A DNA stretch of 64,000 nucleotides from a bacterium (GTDB lineage: Bacteria; RBG-13-61-14; DATKZS01): positions 192,001 through 256,000 of the forward strand of contig CAXXFL010000007.1 of NCBI GenBank assembly GCA_963674965.2, written 5' to 3'. The first letter of the stretch is position 1, and each line of letters starts with the position of its first letter. Below the pieces are notes generated by a model, which had not been told where the DNA came from, ran no database searches, and saw only the letters and a program-made list of their open reading frames with translations. Both the position numbers and the translations under genes were made by a program. Below are positions 37,965-47,258 of the stretch, one piece after another.

Positions 37965-39119
37965 ATGACCAAGCATTCATACAAGAGGATCGAGGGCAAC
38001 AGGGAAAAGTTTCTTAAAATCAAAGATGATAAGATAACCGATCAAAAAAGCTGGGACCTTTTTAACAAGGCACGAAAAGCGGCGCTTATCACCTGGTATG
38101 ATATTTTTTCCAACCATTTTAATAAGCCGGGGGAAAGAGATGAATTGCTCTTGTACTTCAGGATGGCTGGAGAAGAAGCCATGTATCTTCATCATCAACT
38201 GGAATTGTTAAAGCTTTATCCGGATATTTTCGATGATAGCGAAAAGAATCTCATATTTCAAAATCACTTCGAAAACGTTAAGAGAATATTAATCAGCGTT
38301 AAAAAAGGGTCTAACTGGCTTGCAAGCACGGACTATGATTTTATCCACATATTATTTGCCGTTGGGGAATCGGTCCGTCATGGCAATTTCGATTTGATGA
38401 ACTATTATCTAGACGCGGCAAAAGCCGATAAAGGCTTGGGCTCAGTTTTTGATATATTTTCTGAGCTGTTTGAGCAGAATGACTCTGAAAAAGCTATCAA
38501 TTTATTGGAGAATGGCAATCCACATAAAGCTACAATTAAATATATAATTGAATATATCCTACATCAAAACGACGATATCGCGCTAAATTATAAATTAAAA
38601 TTATTAAATAGTCCTGAGATGATATTCAATAAATATTACGAACACAGATCCAAGTGTTATCTCGATAAATCAGACAATAAAATATCCTACTATTTATTTA
38701 TTGTCGCGTCACTTCTTTTTCATAATAACAAGGACACCCTGCCGATTATTCAAAAATGCCTGGAACGCGATGATTTTATATGGAAATATTTACCGTTATC
38801 GATGATGTATTATAAGAAGCAAGCGATCGATACGAAATTACTTGACTCCATTGTCGATAAATACCATTCACTTTACGTTGCCGAGGGCAAGGCTTACAGC
38901 AAATGCCAATACATGTGTCTTTTTAACATAATCGCGGCCTGTATCCATAATCCAGAATACAAGGAAAAGTTGTTCGAACTGGACATAGGCGAGACCGAGC
39001 CTCAATATCTTTTCGAGACGGTCAGGTTCACTATCATGGAGGAACTTCTGGGTTGCATATACTGGCCTCCATTTAACTGTTTTGGAGTGGACGAGAATAA
39101 TCTTCCGTCCGTTTTATAA
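37965..39119 (+). CDS. Hypothetical protein (low-GC, helical)
   Basis: Long stop-free ORF in markedly AT-rich DNA; ATG 37965 follows GGAAGAG; no family recognised. Confidence 0.65.
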   Translation: MTKHSYKRIEGNREKFLKIKDDKITDQKSWDLFNKARKAALITWYDIFSNHFNKPGERDELLLYFRMAGEEAMYLHHQLELLKLYPDIFDDSEKNLIFQNHFENVKRILISVKKGSNWLASTDYDFIHILFAVGESVRHGNFDLMNYYLDAAKADKGLGSVFDIFSELFEQNDSEKAINLLENGNPHKATIKYIIEYILHQNDDIALNYKLKLLNSPEMIFNKYYEHRSKCYLDKSDNKISYYLFIVASLLFHNNKDTLPIIQKCLERDDFIWKYLPLSMMYYKKQAIDTKLLDSIVDKYHSLYVAEGKAYSKCQYMCLFNIIAACIHNPEYKEKLFELDIGETEPQYLFETVRFTIMEELLGCIYWPPFNCFGVDENNLPSVL

Positions 39120-39145
39120 TGTTTATGGGCGAGGGGAGGTTTTAA

Positions 39146-39736
39146 ATGGGAGCGACATATTCCAACTTGATTCTGCGATATACGGGGACGGAAAAAGTGG
39201 CGGATTATCTTGAGGCGCATGGGCGTGACGCTTACATGTCCGCCGCGACGGACGGTTTTATTGGCGTTTATGACAAGGACGCGGAGGATGACGACAACGA
39301 AGTCTACTCCCTTGCCTCGGAGTTGACGGAAAAGCTCGGCTGCCTGGGTATTTCCTTCATTTGCGCGGATGATGAATATTTCGAATACATGGTCCATTCG
39401 AACGGCCTCATAGTGGACAGTTACTCCGCGACCTATGGAGAAGGCGAGGAGGATGACGACGAGGAGGCCGGTTCGAACTTTGAAATCGAGCCTGGAGACG
39501 TTGACAAGCTTTGCGATCTTTTCAATGTCCCCGACAAAAAGGACGAGGTGACCAAGGTCCTGGACGGATTCAATCTGGACGGCGAGCCTTTATTTTTTCC
39601 ATCGGACATGAATTTAAAGCTGGCTGAACTTTTGGGAATGCCAAGTTCCCTTCAGATGCTGGGGTATTACTACCTGGAGATGGACGAGGAACGCCGTGAG
39701 GAGATGAAGGGCCTCACTAAAACAAGCGGCGGATGA
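39146..39736 (+). CDS. Hypothetical acidic protein
   Basis: GGGGAGG SD; 196 aa, very Asp/Glu-rich; MGATYSNLIL...DDEYFEYMVHSNGLIVDSY. Confidence 0.7.
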   Translation: MGATYSNLILRYTGTEKVADYLEAHGRDAYMSAATDGFIGVYDKDAEDDDNEVYSLASELTEKLGCLGISFICADDEYFEYMVHSNGLIVDSYSATYGEGEEDDDEEAGSNFEIEPGDVDKLCDLFNVPDKKDEVTKVLDGFNLDGEPLFFPSDMNLKLAELLGMPSSLQMLGYYYLEMDEERREEMKGLTKTSGG

Positions 39737-39786
39737 CCGAGCGGAGTCAGAATGGCCGCGTGTCGATATAAGTACGGCGCAAAGAG

Positions 39787-41772
39787 ATGGTGAGAGACAA
39801 TCTCGTCCTGATATGCCTGGAGGAAGGCTTGGGCCGCCACTGGCAGAGCTTTTCCGCCGAGCGGAATTTCGACCTCTGGCTGGCGGGGTTGGACAAGCCC
39901 GAGAGCGCCTCGGCCGACCGGGCGCTGGCCGACCCGGGCGACAAGTTCTCCTGCCTGGCCAGGTTACTCGAGAGGAGTGAAAACGACCTTTGCCGCTACA
40001 AGTTCGTATTCCTGCCCGACCCGGACGTGATTATCGGACCGGACGCCATCGAGCGGCTCTTCACGGTCATGGAAAAGGAAAACCTGGCCGCGGCCCAGCC
40101 GGCCCTGTCGCCCGACGGCAGGATAGCCCACGAGATCGTCAAGGTCATGCCCCAATATTCCCTGCGCAGGGTCAACTTCGTGCAGACCGAGGTTATGGCC
40201 CTGCGTATGGATTTTTTGCTCCAGCAGTGGCGCTCCCTCGCCGAGGTCCCACGACCCTCCCTCGAGTGGATCATCCCCCAAGCGGCGGCCAACGGAAAGG
40301 GCGGCGCGGCCATCGTCGACGCCGCGGTCTGCAAAGTTCCCTTTACTGAGATAACTCCCGAGCGAAAAAAGAAGATGGAGCACGAGAGGCAAAGGGCCGG
40401 AGAATACCTCGACCAACGCGGCGTTAAAAGGGCCTTCCACCTTTACGAGCCCGTCCACGCCCAGCCGGGCCGCTCAATATCGAGTACCTCCCTTTTCAAG
40501 ATCAACCTTCGCTACGAATGGCTCCTTAAAAAGAAGTCGCCCCACCCTTTCTGGCGAACGGCGGCCAGGGTCAGGGCCTACGGCAGGGAAATACCACCGG
40601 CCGGGGCCTATTTAAAAGGCATGAAAAGCCAGACGGCCCAAGCTCTTCGCCCGCGGGGCAGTGGCCGACGCGGGCGCGACGCGGTCCTCTTCGTGGTGGA
40701 CGCCGAGCTTTGGCCGCCCAGTCACGGCTTTACCAGGCGGCTGCACGACATGGTCGCGGCCCTTAGGGAGAGCGGCTTTTGGACCGCGGCCGTGGCCAGG
40801 ATGAGCGAGTCTAACTCCGCCAATCACGGGCGGCTGCTCGAGGTGTTCGACGAGGTCAAGCTGGTGGCTTCTCCGCATTTTTGCTGGGACTCGGTGGAAA
40901 GGTACTCGCCCGAGCGCTATTTCGGCGCGGTCGGCCGCATGACCGCCGAGCTCGATCCCCTGGCCGTGATCGCGGTTTACGTCTGGATGGCGCCCTGTCT
41001 GGACGCGGTCCGGAACGGGGCCCTCAAGCTGATCGACTCGAACGACCTCATGCATCGGCGCAACGATTACTTCTTCCAGGAGGCGCCCCTTTGCACGCGG
41101 GAGGAGGAAAAGTCCCGATTCGAGAAGGCCGACGCCATCATCGCCATCCAGTCGCTCGAGGCCCGGATGATAAGCGAGATGGTCCCGGCAAAGCGGGTGG
41201 TCGTGGCCGGCCACCACGCCCCGGCGCGTCAGGCCCCTCCCTCCTCCGGCAAGAGGATCATAATCGTGGGAAGCGACAATTCCTGCAATATCCACGGGCT
41301 CTCTTGCTTCATGGACCGGGCCTGGCCGGTCATTCGCAGGATCGAGCCCGAGGCCCGCCTCGAGGTGTACGGCAACCTGTCGGACCACTGCCCTCTGACG
41401 CCGGGCGTCACGGCCCACGGGTTCGTCGATGACCTGATCGAGGCCTACGACGGCGCCGCCGTGGTGGCCGCGCCGCTGCTTTTGGGCACGGGCCTCAAGA
41501 TCAAGTCGGTCGAGGCCCTCTGCCATGGCAAGGCCCTGGTGACCACCTCAATCGGGGCCGAGGGGATCGAGGAAGGAGCGGGCCGGGCCTTCATAATCGA
41601 GGACGACCTGGAAAAGATGGGCGAGAGGCTGGCCGGCCTCCTCTCGGACCACGAAACGAGGCGCCGCCTCGAGCGGGAGGCCCACATCTTCGCCAAGTCC
41701 ACGTTTTCACGCGAGAAAGTCTACGGACCCCTCATCGACATCATCCGCGAGACCAAAGCCGCCCGGTCCTGA
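39787..41772 (+). CDS. DUF707-like domain + GT4 glycosyltransferase fusion
   Basis: N-terminal RNFDLW, YKFVFLPDPDV, AQPALS, RRVNFV; C-terminal IDSND, GFVDDL, APLLLGTGLKIKSVEALCHGKALVTTSIGAEG. Confidence 0.7.
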   Translation: MVRDNLVLICLEEGLGRHWQSFSAERNFDLWLAGLDKPESASADRALADPGDKFSCLARLLERSENDLCRYKFVFLPDPDVIIGPDAIERLFTVMEKENLAAAQPALSPDGRIAHEIVKVMPQYSLRRVNFVQTEVMALRMDFLLQQWRSLAEVPRPSLEWIIPQAAANGKGGAAIVDAAVCKVPFTEITPERKKKMEHERQRAGEYLDQRGVKRAFHLYEPVHAQPGRSISSTSLFKINLRYEWLLKKKSPHPFWRTAARVRAYGREIPPAGAYLKGMKSQTAQALRPRGSGRRGRDAVLFVVDAELWPPSHGFTRRLHDMVAALRESGFWTAAVARMSESNSANHGRLLEVFDEVKLVASPHFCWDSVERYSPERYFGAVGRMTAELDPLAVIAVYVWMAPCLDAVRNGALKLIDSNDLMHRRNDYFFQEAPLCTREEEKSRFEKADAIIAIQSLEARMISEMVPAKRVVVAGHHAPARQAPPSSGKRIIIVGSDNSCNIHGLSCFMDRAWPVIRRIEPEARLEVYGNLSDHCPLTPGVTAHGFVDDLIEAYDGAAVVAAPLLLGTGLKIKSVEALCHGKALVTTSIGAEGIEEGAGRAFIIEDDLEKMGERLAGLLSDHETRRRLEREAHIFAKSTFSREKVYGPLIDIIRETKAARS

Positions 41773-41806
41773 AAGCAGGGCTTGGCAACGGCCTTCGAAT
41801 CTGGGT

Positions 41807-41829
41807 CGCGCATGCATGATGCATGCGCG
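41807..41829. repeat. Perfect 23-bp palindrome within an intergenic hairpin cluster
   Basis: CGCGCATGCAT-G-ATGCATGCGCG, enclosed by GCTTGGCA (41780-87) / TGCCAAGC (41871-78). Confidence 0.7.
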
Positions 41830-42009
41830 GCGTTAGCCGCAGGCTGAACGCTTCCCTTCATTAGCCCCCCTGCCAAGCAAACCAATGCATAATGGATAAA
41901 AAGTATGCGGGGCATAAACTTGCCTTCCGAGTCCTCGGACCGTTCGCTACGCCTGCCCGCAAAATGGGCGGGCGGCCCGGCGCCTTGGAAAGCCGATATG
42001 GGCGGCGGC

Positions 42010-42038
42010 TTTACCATGGAACAATCCCGCGATATAAT
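42010..42038 (+). promoter_or_regulatory. Putative sigma70-type promoter
   Basis: TTTACC-N17-TATAAT; GAGGAGG SD before ATG 42083. Confidence 0.5.
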
Positions 42039-42082
42039 CCCTCCAATACCCAGAGGGGGGTCCGTCTCCTCGAGGAGGAAAC

Positions 42083-43993
42083 ATGAGGAAAATACTGGCC
42101 GCGCTGGCTTTTTTGTTTATATTGACGGCCGCGCCCGTCCGGCTCCTGGCGGACGACATTGACGATTATTATTTCGTCGCCGATTTCGACGTGGGCGCCG
42201 TCTCGGACGTCGCCGTCACGCCCGACGACAGGTACGTTCTGATCCTGGATGGTGACAGCAACAAACTCCACTTCCTGGACACCTGGGACTTCGACCTGAT
42301 TGAGGGGGCCTCCGTCGATTTCGGCTCCGATTCTCCCCTCTGTCTGGACATATCCCCCGACGGCGACTACGCCTATATAGGCCTTGACTCGGGCGAGTTG
42401 GCCATAGTGGATATCAGCGGGCTGTATTCCCTCTCCCCCATCGAGGAGCCGGAGGATGAACTGACGGTCTATTTTAAAACTATTGATGGAGACGGGGCAC
42501 TTGAAAAAATCGCGGCCGTGCCTAATTACAACTCACCAACCTCCGACCCATATATAATTATGGGTTTTCCTTCTAGCGCGGTGGAAGCTGTTTACTGGGT
42601 TAAACATTCTGGTGGGTCAAGTTTGACAACTGCTCTGGCTTTCCCAAGTCATTCAGTAGAGGTTATCGAATTGGAAAGAGGAGAAAAACAAGTCTTTGAA
42701 ATATATGAAAGTAGCGGAAATGACTACCTAGGTATTATTCAATGCGATGGCACTTGTACAAATACCAATGGTATCGACAAGCTTGTAACTCCATCAACAG
42801 GCTTGGCGGCAGACCCGATCAATGACGATTTTCTCGTGATCTCTTATTATACTCAGAGCGGTAGCACTCCTCTCGGAAGTATCCAATATCTTGATACAAG
42901 CAGCTTTGACAGCCAGACAGTAGAATCTGAAGAAGTTGGCATTTCATCGACATCGATAGCTATATTATCTTCTGGACTGAATGATTCTACTACAACGGCT
43001 CTTTTTTTAACCGACCAAAATGCTGAAATGACGGAAATAAACAATAGCACTTTAGCCGCTACTTCCGGTACAGTCGCGTCTCCTTCAACCGACAACTTTT
43101 CCGCCCTCGCCGCCTCCAGCGGAAACGACAGATTTTTTTACGCGGGCACGGACGGCGCTTCCAATTCCTTTCACGTCTTTACGGCCAACCCATGGATAAG
43201 TTACCTGACCGCCAACGCGGGGGCCACGGTAACGGAGGCGGACGGAGACGAGTTTCCTTTGGCTTTTTCGGCGTTTAAAAGGGGAAGTGATCTTGATTTC
43301 GACGTCTACGTGGACGGCGACTTTGGTTCCTGGAGCGGGTCCGTGGCCGACGGAGAAGAGTCGGAGTCGGCGGCTGGGGACACGGTTGCCGTCGTAATCA
43401 ACGTCGCCGTTGACGACCTTGACGAGTGCGAGAACGTTCTCACGGTGGTGGCCGAGGACTCGGCGGGCCGGGAGGGCCGGGACGCGGTGAAGGTGGTGAA
43501 GGACTTTCCGCCGCCGGAGCCGGACTTCAGCCTGGATTTCGGCGACCGGAAGCTCATTATCGAGTTCAACGTGGACGACCCGTGCGACTTAAAGGAGTAC
43601 GTGATTTTCTACGGCGACTCGGCGACCCTGGACAATAGTTTTAACGACTACGACGACCTCCTTGCCAGCGGCGCGGATTACGTCACTCTCGACTCGGGCC
43701 TGACCGACGGCAAGAAGATCAAGGAGACCATCGAGGGTCTTACCAACGGGGTCCTCCATTACGTTTACCTGGTGATCGTGGATAAGTCGGACAACTCGGC
43801 GGTCAGCGACGCCCGATCGGCCACGCCGCAGGTTGTCCTGACCCTCACCGACCTCACCGGCGAGGAGGGCGGCGTCGATTGTTTCGGGTCCCTCGGCGGC
43901 GCGAGGACCGGCGACCCCAAAAGCGCGGCGGTCCTTTTGGCCCCCCTGCTCATGGCGGCGGCCTACAGTTCAATAAGGCGGTGGAAGAAATGA
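42083..43993 (+). CDS. Secreted acidic surface protein (beta-propeller + Fn3-like) with C-terminal Cys-TM-basic sorting signal (MYXO-CTERM/MXAN_2561-like)
   Basis: Signal peptide; DVAVTPDDRY and LDISPDGDYAY blades; IEGLTNGVLHYVYLVIVDKSDN..ATP Fn3-like end; tail GEEGGVDCF...AAVLLAPLLMAAAYSSIRRWKK. Confidence 0.7.
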   Translation: MRKILAALAFLFILTAAPVRLLADDIDDYYFVADFDVGAVSDVAVTPDDRYVLILDGDSNKLHFLDTWDFDLIEGASVDFGSDSPLCLDISPDGDYAYIGLDSGELAIVDISGLYSLSPIEEPEDELTVYFKTIDGDGALEKIAAVPNYNSPTSDPYIIMGFPSSAVEAVYWVKHSGGSSLTTALAFPSHSVEVIELERGEKQVFEIYESSGNDYLGIIQCDGTCTNTNGIDKLVTPSTGLAADPINDDFLVISYYTQSGSTPLGSIQYLDTSSFDSQTVESEEVGISSTSIAILSSGLNDSTTTALFLTDQNAEMTEINNSTLAATSGTVASPSTDNFSALAASSGNDRFFYAGTDGASNSFHVFTANPWISYLTANAGATVTEADGDEFPLAFSAFKRGSDLDFDVYVDGDFGSWSGSVADGEESESAAGDTVAVVINVAVDDLDECENVLTVVAEDSAGREGRDAVKVVKDFPPPEPDFSLDFGDRKLIIEFNVDDPCDLKEYVIFYGDSATLDNSFNDYDDLLASGADYVTLDSGLTDGKKIKETIEGLTNGVLHYVYLVIVDKSDNSAVSDARSATPQVVLTLTDLTGEEGGVDCFGSLGGARTGDPKSAAVLLAPLLMAAAYSSIRRWKK

Positions 43994-44712
43994 GGCGACT
44001 TTTTGCCCCGGCGGCGTTTGTAGTTTTTTTGTCGATAGCCATATCTCCCCTGGCGGCTTCCGAGCCGGAGGATGCGCCCGACGGCCGGACCAACCTGGCC
44101 CGCCGGATCGAGGACTGGCATTCGCGCCAACTCTGGAGCGGCGAGGGCTTCATCGGTATGGTGACCTTTAACGAGGACGCCTTCGAGGAGGTGTTCGGCT
44201 CGGATTATTTCCCCATCCTCTACTCGGGCTTCACCTGGTATTTCGTGGACAACCTGGGCCTGGGCTTTTACGTGGGCGCGACCTTCATGCAGGGCAACGC
44301 CGTCGGCGAGATCACGGGCGAGGAGTCGGGGGAGGGCGTCGATTTCTTCGCCGTGCCGGTCCAGGCCAACCTGAGGTATCGGTTCCGCTTTTATGACGGC
44401 CAGCCCATCGTTCCCTCCATCTATTTCGGCGGCGACTACTGGTATTTCCAGGAGAACAACGAGTTCCAGGACGACGTGGAGGGCGACAAGACGGGCTTCC
44501 ATTACGGGGCGGACGTGGCCTTTTTGCTGGACAACTTCGACAAGCGGAGCGCCCACCGCATGAAAAAGACCTGGGGCATCGAGAACACTTACTTCACCAT
44601 GGGCTACGACGTGAACCAGGTGGGCGAAGACGAGGAAGGTCTCGAGTTCTCGGGCGGGACGCTCAAGTTCGGTCTGACCTTCGACGTTATCGGTTCGGGC
44701 ATGCTTCAGTGA
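43990..44712 (+). CDS. Outer-membrane beta-barrel protein, MXAN_2562-like
   Basis: ATGA overlap with the previous stop; signal peptide; alternating aromatic strands; Q.IVPS, AFLLDNFDKRSA....WGIENTY, LKFGLTFD. Confidence 0.65.
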   Translation: MRRLFAPAAFVVFLSIAISPLAASEPEDAPDGRTNLARRIEDWHSRQLWSGEGFIGMVTFNEDAFEEVFGSDYFPILYSGFTWYFVDNLGLGFYVGATFMQGNAVGEITGEESGEGVDFFAVPVQANLRYRFRFYDGQPIVPSIYFGGDYWYFQENNEFQDDVEGDKTGFHYGADVAFLLDNFDKRSAHRMKKTWGIENTYFTMGYDVNQVGEDEEGLEFSGGTLKFGLTFDVIGSGMLQ

Positions 44713-45449
44713 GGGTGATCAAGCTCACCATCGAGTATGACGGGACGGAGTTCTCGGGCTGGCAGGTGCAGCCGGGGATGAGGACGGTGCAGGGGGCCAT
44801 CGAGGACGCCCTTTTCAAGTTCACGGGCGAGCGGATATCGGCCGAGGCCTCGGGCCGGACGGACGCCGGCGTCCACGCCCTGGGCCAGGTGGTGAGTTTT
44901 CGGACGGAGAGCGGCCTGGATACTCGGCGGATGATGGGGGCCCTTAACGCCCTTCTCCCGGAGGACGTGGCGGCGCTCGAGGTGGAGGAAGCGGACCCGG
45001 ATTTTCACGCCCGTAGGAGCGCCCGGGGCAAGACCTACCGCTACGCTGTCCTGGACGGCGGGCGGCGGACGGCCCTTGACAGGCGCAGGGCCTGGACGGT
45101 CCCCTCCCGGCTGGACGTGGGCGCCATGAGGAAGGCGGCGGCGCTTTTGGAGGGCGAACGCGACTTCTCGAGCTTTCGAGCCTCGGGGTGCGAGGCGAAA
45201 GGGTCGGTCCGGGACCTTAGGAGACTCGAGGTATACCGCGACTCGATCGAGAGAGTGATATTCGAGGCCGAAGCGAACGGCTTTCTCAAGCAGATGGTAA
45301 GGGCCCTGGTGGGCACGCTGGTGGAAGTGGGCTCGGGCAAGAGGGCGCCGGATGAGATGCGGGCCATCCTCGAGTCGCTCGACAGGTCGGCGGCGGGCCA
45401 AACGGCCCCTCCCTGGGGTCTTTACCTGGTCTCGGTAAAATACTATTGA
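44709..45449 (+). CDS. truA: tRNA pseudouridine(38-40) synthase
   Basis: IEYDGTEFSGWQ, SGRTDAGVHALGQV, FHARRSA, DFSSF, NGFLKQMVRALVG, TAPPWGLYL. Confidence 0.96.
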   Translation: MRVIKLTIEYDGTEFSGWQVQPGMRTVQGAIEDALFKFTGERISAEASGRTDAGVHALGQVVSFRTESGLDTRRMMGALNALLPEDVAALEVEEADPDFHARRSARGKTYRYAVLDGGRRTALDRRRAWTVPSRLDVGAMRKAAALLEGERDFSSFRASGCEAKGSVRDLRRLEVYRDSIERVIFEAEANGFLKQMVRALVGTLVEVGSGKRAPDEMRAILESLDRSAAGQTAPPWGLYLVSVKYY

Positions 45450-45464
45450 TAGAGGAGGTTTTTT

Positions 45465-46112
45465 ATGAGGCTTGCCAAAATTCTATTAATCAGCATTATC
45501 ACGGGGATTTTGGTATCTTCCTGCGGTCCCTCCTGCGAGGACATCGAAAAGGACTTAAAGGAGCCGGCCCTGCCCAAGGTCCCGCGATCGGCCAAAAACA
45601 AGGGAAAGGCTAATGATGAGCCGGCCGAGTTCACGAAAGCACAGTACGAGGAAATTTATTTCTTCCTGGCCGAGTCCGACCGCCTGGCCAAGGTCATGGC
45701 CCACAACATGCTGAACTCCGACGATAAGGACAAAGACCTCGAGACCTTTTTCAAAAAGAAAAGCGTGTTCCAGAAACAAAAGATTTCCTGGGAGCACATG
45801 ATCACGGTCAAAATCAATAGGCTGCTTGAAGCGGGCGACGGATTGCCCGCCGATCATCCGGCCCCGACTTTAATCAAGTCCCTTCGCCTCTTCCGGGAGG
45901 AACTCCAGGCCTATGAGCGGGCCATTCTTATGAACAGGCCCTTTGACGACTCGATCGAGACCAGCCTGGAGCAGCAGATGAAAAAGACAAGGGAAGTGCT
46001 GGACGGACTCGAGGCGGATGGAAATCGGACGATGGACTCCAATACCGGCGACGACTCTTCCTCGCCCGGTCCCGTCCAAAAGGAAGAAGGCACGGAGCCG
46101 GCCCATCAATAA
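45465..46112 (+). CDS. Hypothetical lipoprotein
   Basis: AGGAGG SD; MRLAKILLISIITGILVSSC lipobox-like; helical body. Confidence 0.65.
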   Translation: MRLAKILLISIITGILVSSCGPSCEDIEKDLKEPALPKVPRSAKNKGKANDEPAEFTKAQYEEIYFFLAESDRLAKVMAHNMLNSDDKDKDLETFFKKKSVFQKQKISWEHMITVKINRLLEAGDGLPADHPAPTLIKSLRLFREELQAYERAILMNRPFDDSIETSLEQQMKKTREVLDGLEADGNRTMDSNTGDDSSSPGPVQKEEGTEPAHQ

Positions 46113-47248
46113 CAGATATACTTTACGACCGTGTCGTCGTTCGTCTGGACCGCCACGTATTTGAGGTCCGAGGTGGGATATATATTCCTCAAGCGCGAGT
46201 CGACGGGCTTGGTCCATAATACCTCGCCGCTTTTGAGGTCGGCCAGAAGCATGGCGGACTTGCTCGAGTTTTCCCGACCCATGGCGATGAGCTTTCCATT
46301 GTCGGCGCTTATGGCGATGACCCACGGCTTCTGGAAGGCGGTGGAAAAGACGGGCTTCGCCGACGCGAGGCCCGAGGCCATAAGCTCGCTGGATTGGTAG
46401 ACGCCCAGTTTTTCGTTCTCGTCCACGACGGCCGCGAGCGACCCGTCGGGTGACACGCACCCACCCTGCCCTTTGAACTCGATTTTCTTAAGGGCGGTCC
46501 GTGACATGAGGAACATGGTCTGTCCCTGTTTCACGGTCCTGTAGTACTGAGTCATGACCATCTGGGCCTGGTTGGAAACCGACAGTATCCGGGTGTTGGG
46601 TCCGTACTCCCACACCATGTTGCCGTCCGTCGTATAAAGAATGCCTCCGATGCCGTCGAAGATATAGCTCTCGGTGGGATCGAAGGTCACGTACCAGTAC
46701 TGAATGGGCTTCTCCCATATGAAATTCAGTTCGGCGTCGTACAGCCTCACGAGAGGATGCATGACTTCTCCCGTCAGAACGTACTTTCCCTTCGGGCTGA
46801 GGGTCCCGCTTTGATACCTGCCGGGATTGGGTTTGGCCCATATCTGGTTGCCGGACCCGTCGAGAAGGCGCGAGGTGAGGGTCATGGCCTCGGTGTTCTT
46901 CTTGGGTTTGTCGTCGGTCTGAAAATATACCAGCGAGCCGTCGGCGCTTATGCCGAGGTCCTGCGCGTGTTTCCAGCCCTCGGACAGGGTCCAGTCTGGC
47001 TCGACATTATCGGTCAAGCAGTACGTCTTCGAGTCCGTGCATACCACGACCTTACCCGCGTCCGCCGCCATGGCCACGCCTTTGACGTTTTCCGGGAAGA
47101 CCCTGGTCCAGGCTATCTCGGGAAATTTGTCCTTGCCGTCGGTGAAGGCGTCCTTAAAGGACCCCTTCTTCGCGTAAGCCAGGGACGAAACGGCCACAAG
47201 CGCCGCCGCGGCCGCGGCCGCGCGGAGCGAGAAAAAGGACTTAAGCAT
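46106..47248 (-). CDS. Secreted beta-propeller (WD40/PQQ-like) protein
   Basis: Ala-rich signal peptide; repeats AMAADAG, GISADGS, LSPKGKY, VSPDGS, ISADNG, GEVLWT; AGGAGG SD; 10 bp downstream of the dctM-like gene. Confidence 0.7.
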   Translation of the reverse strand: MLKSFFSLRAAAAAAALVAVSSLAYAKKGSFKDAFTDGKDKFPEIAWTRVFPENVKGVAMAADAGKVVVCTDSKTYCLTDNVEPDWTLSEGWKHAQDLGISADGSLVYFQTDDKPKKNTEAMTLTSRLLDGSGNQIWAKPNPGRYQSGTLSPKGKYVLTGEVMHPLVRLYDAELNFIWEKPIQYWYVTFDPTESYIFDGIGGILYTTDGNMVWEYGPNTRILSVSNQAQMVMTQYYRTVKQGQTMFLMSRTALKKIEFKGQGGCVSPDGSLAAVVDENEKLGVYQSSELMASGLASAKPVFSTAFQKPWVIAISADNGKLIAMGRENSSKSAMLLADLKSGEVLWTKPVDSRLRNIYPTSDLKYVAVQTNDDTVVKYICY

Positions 47249-47258
47249 CCTGGACCTC

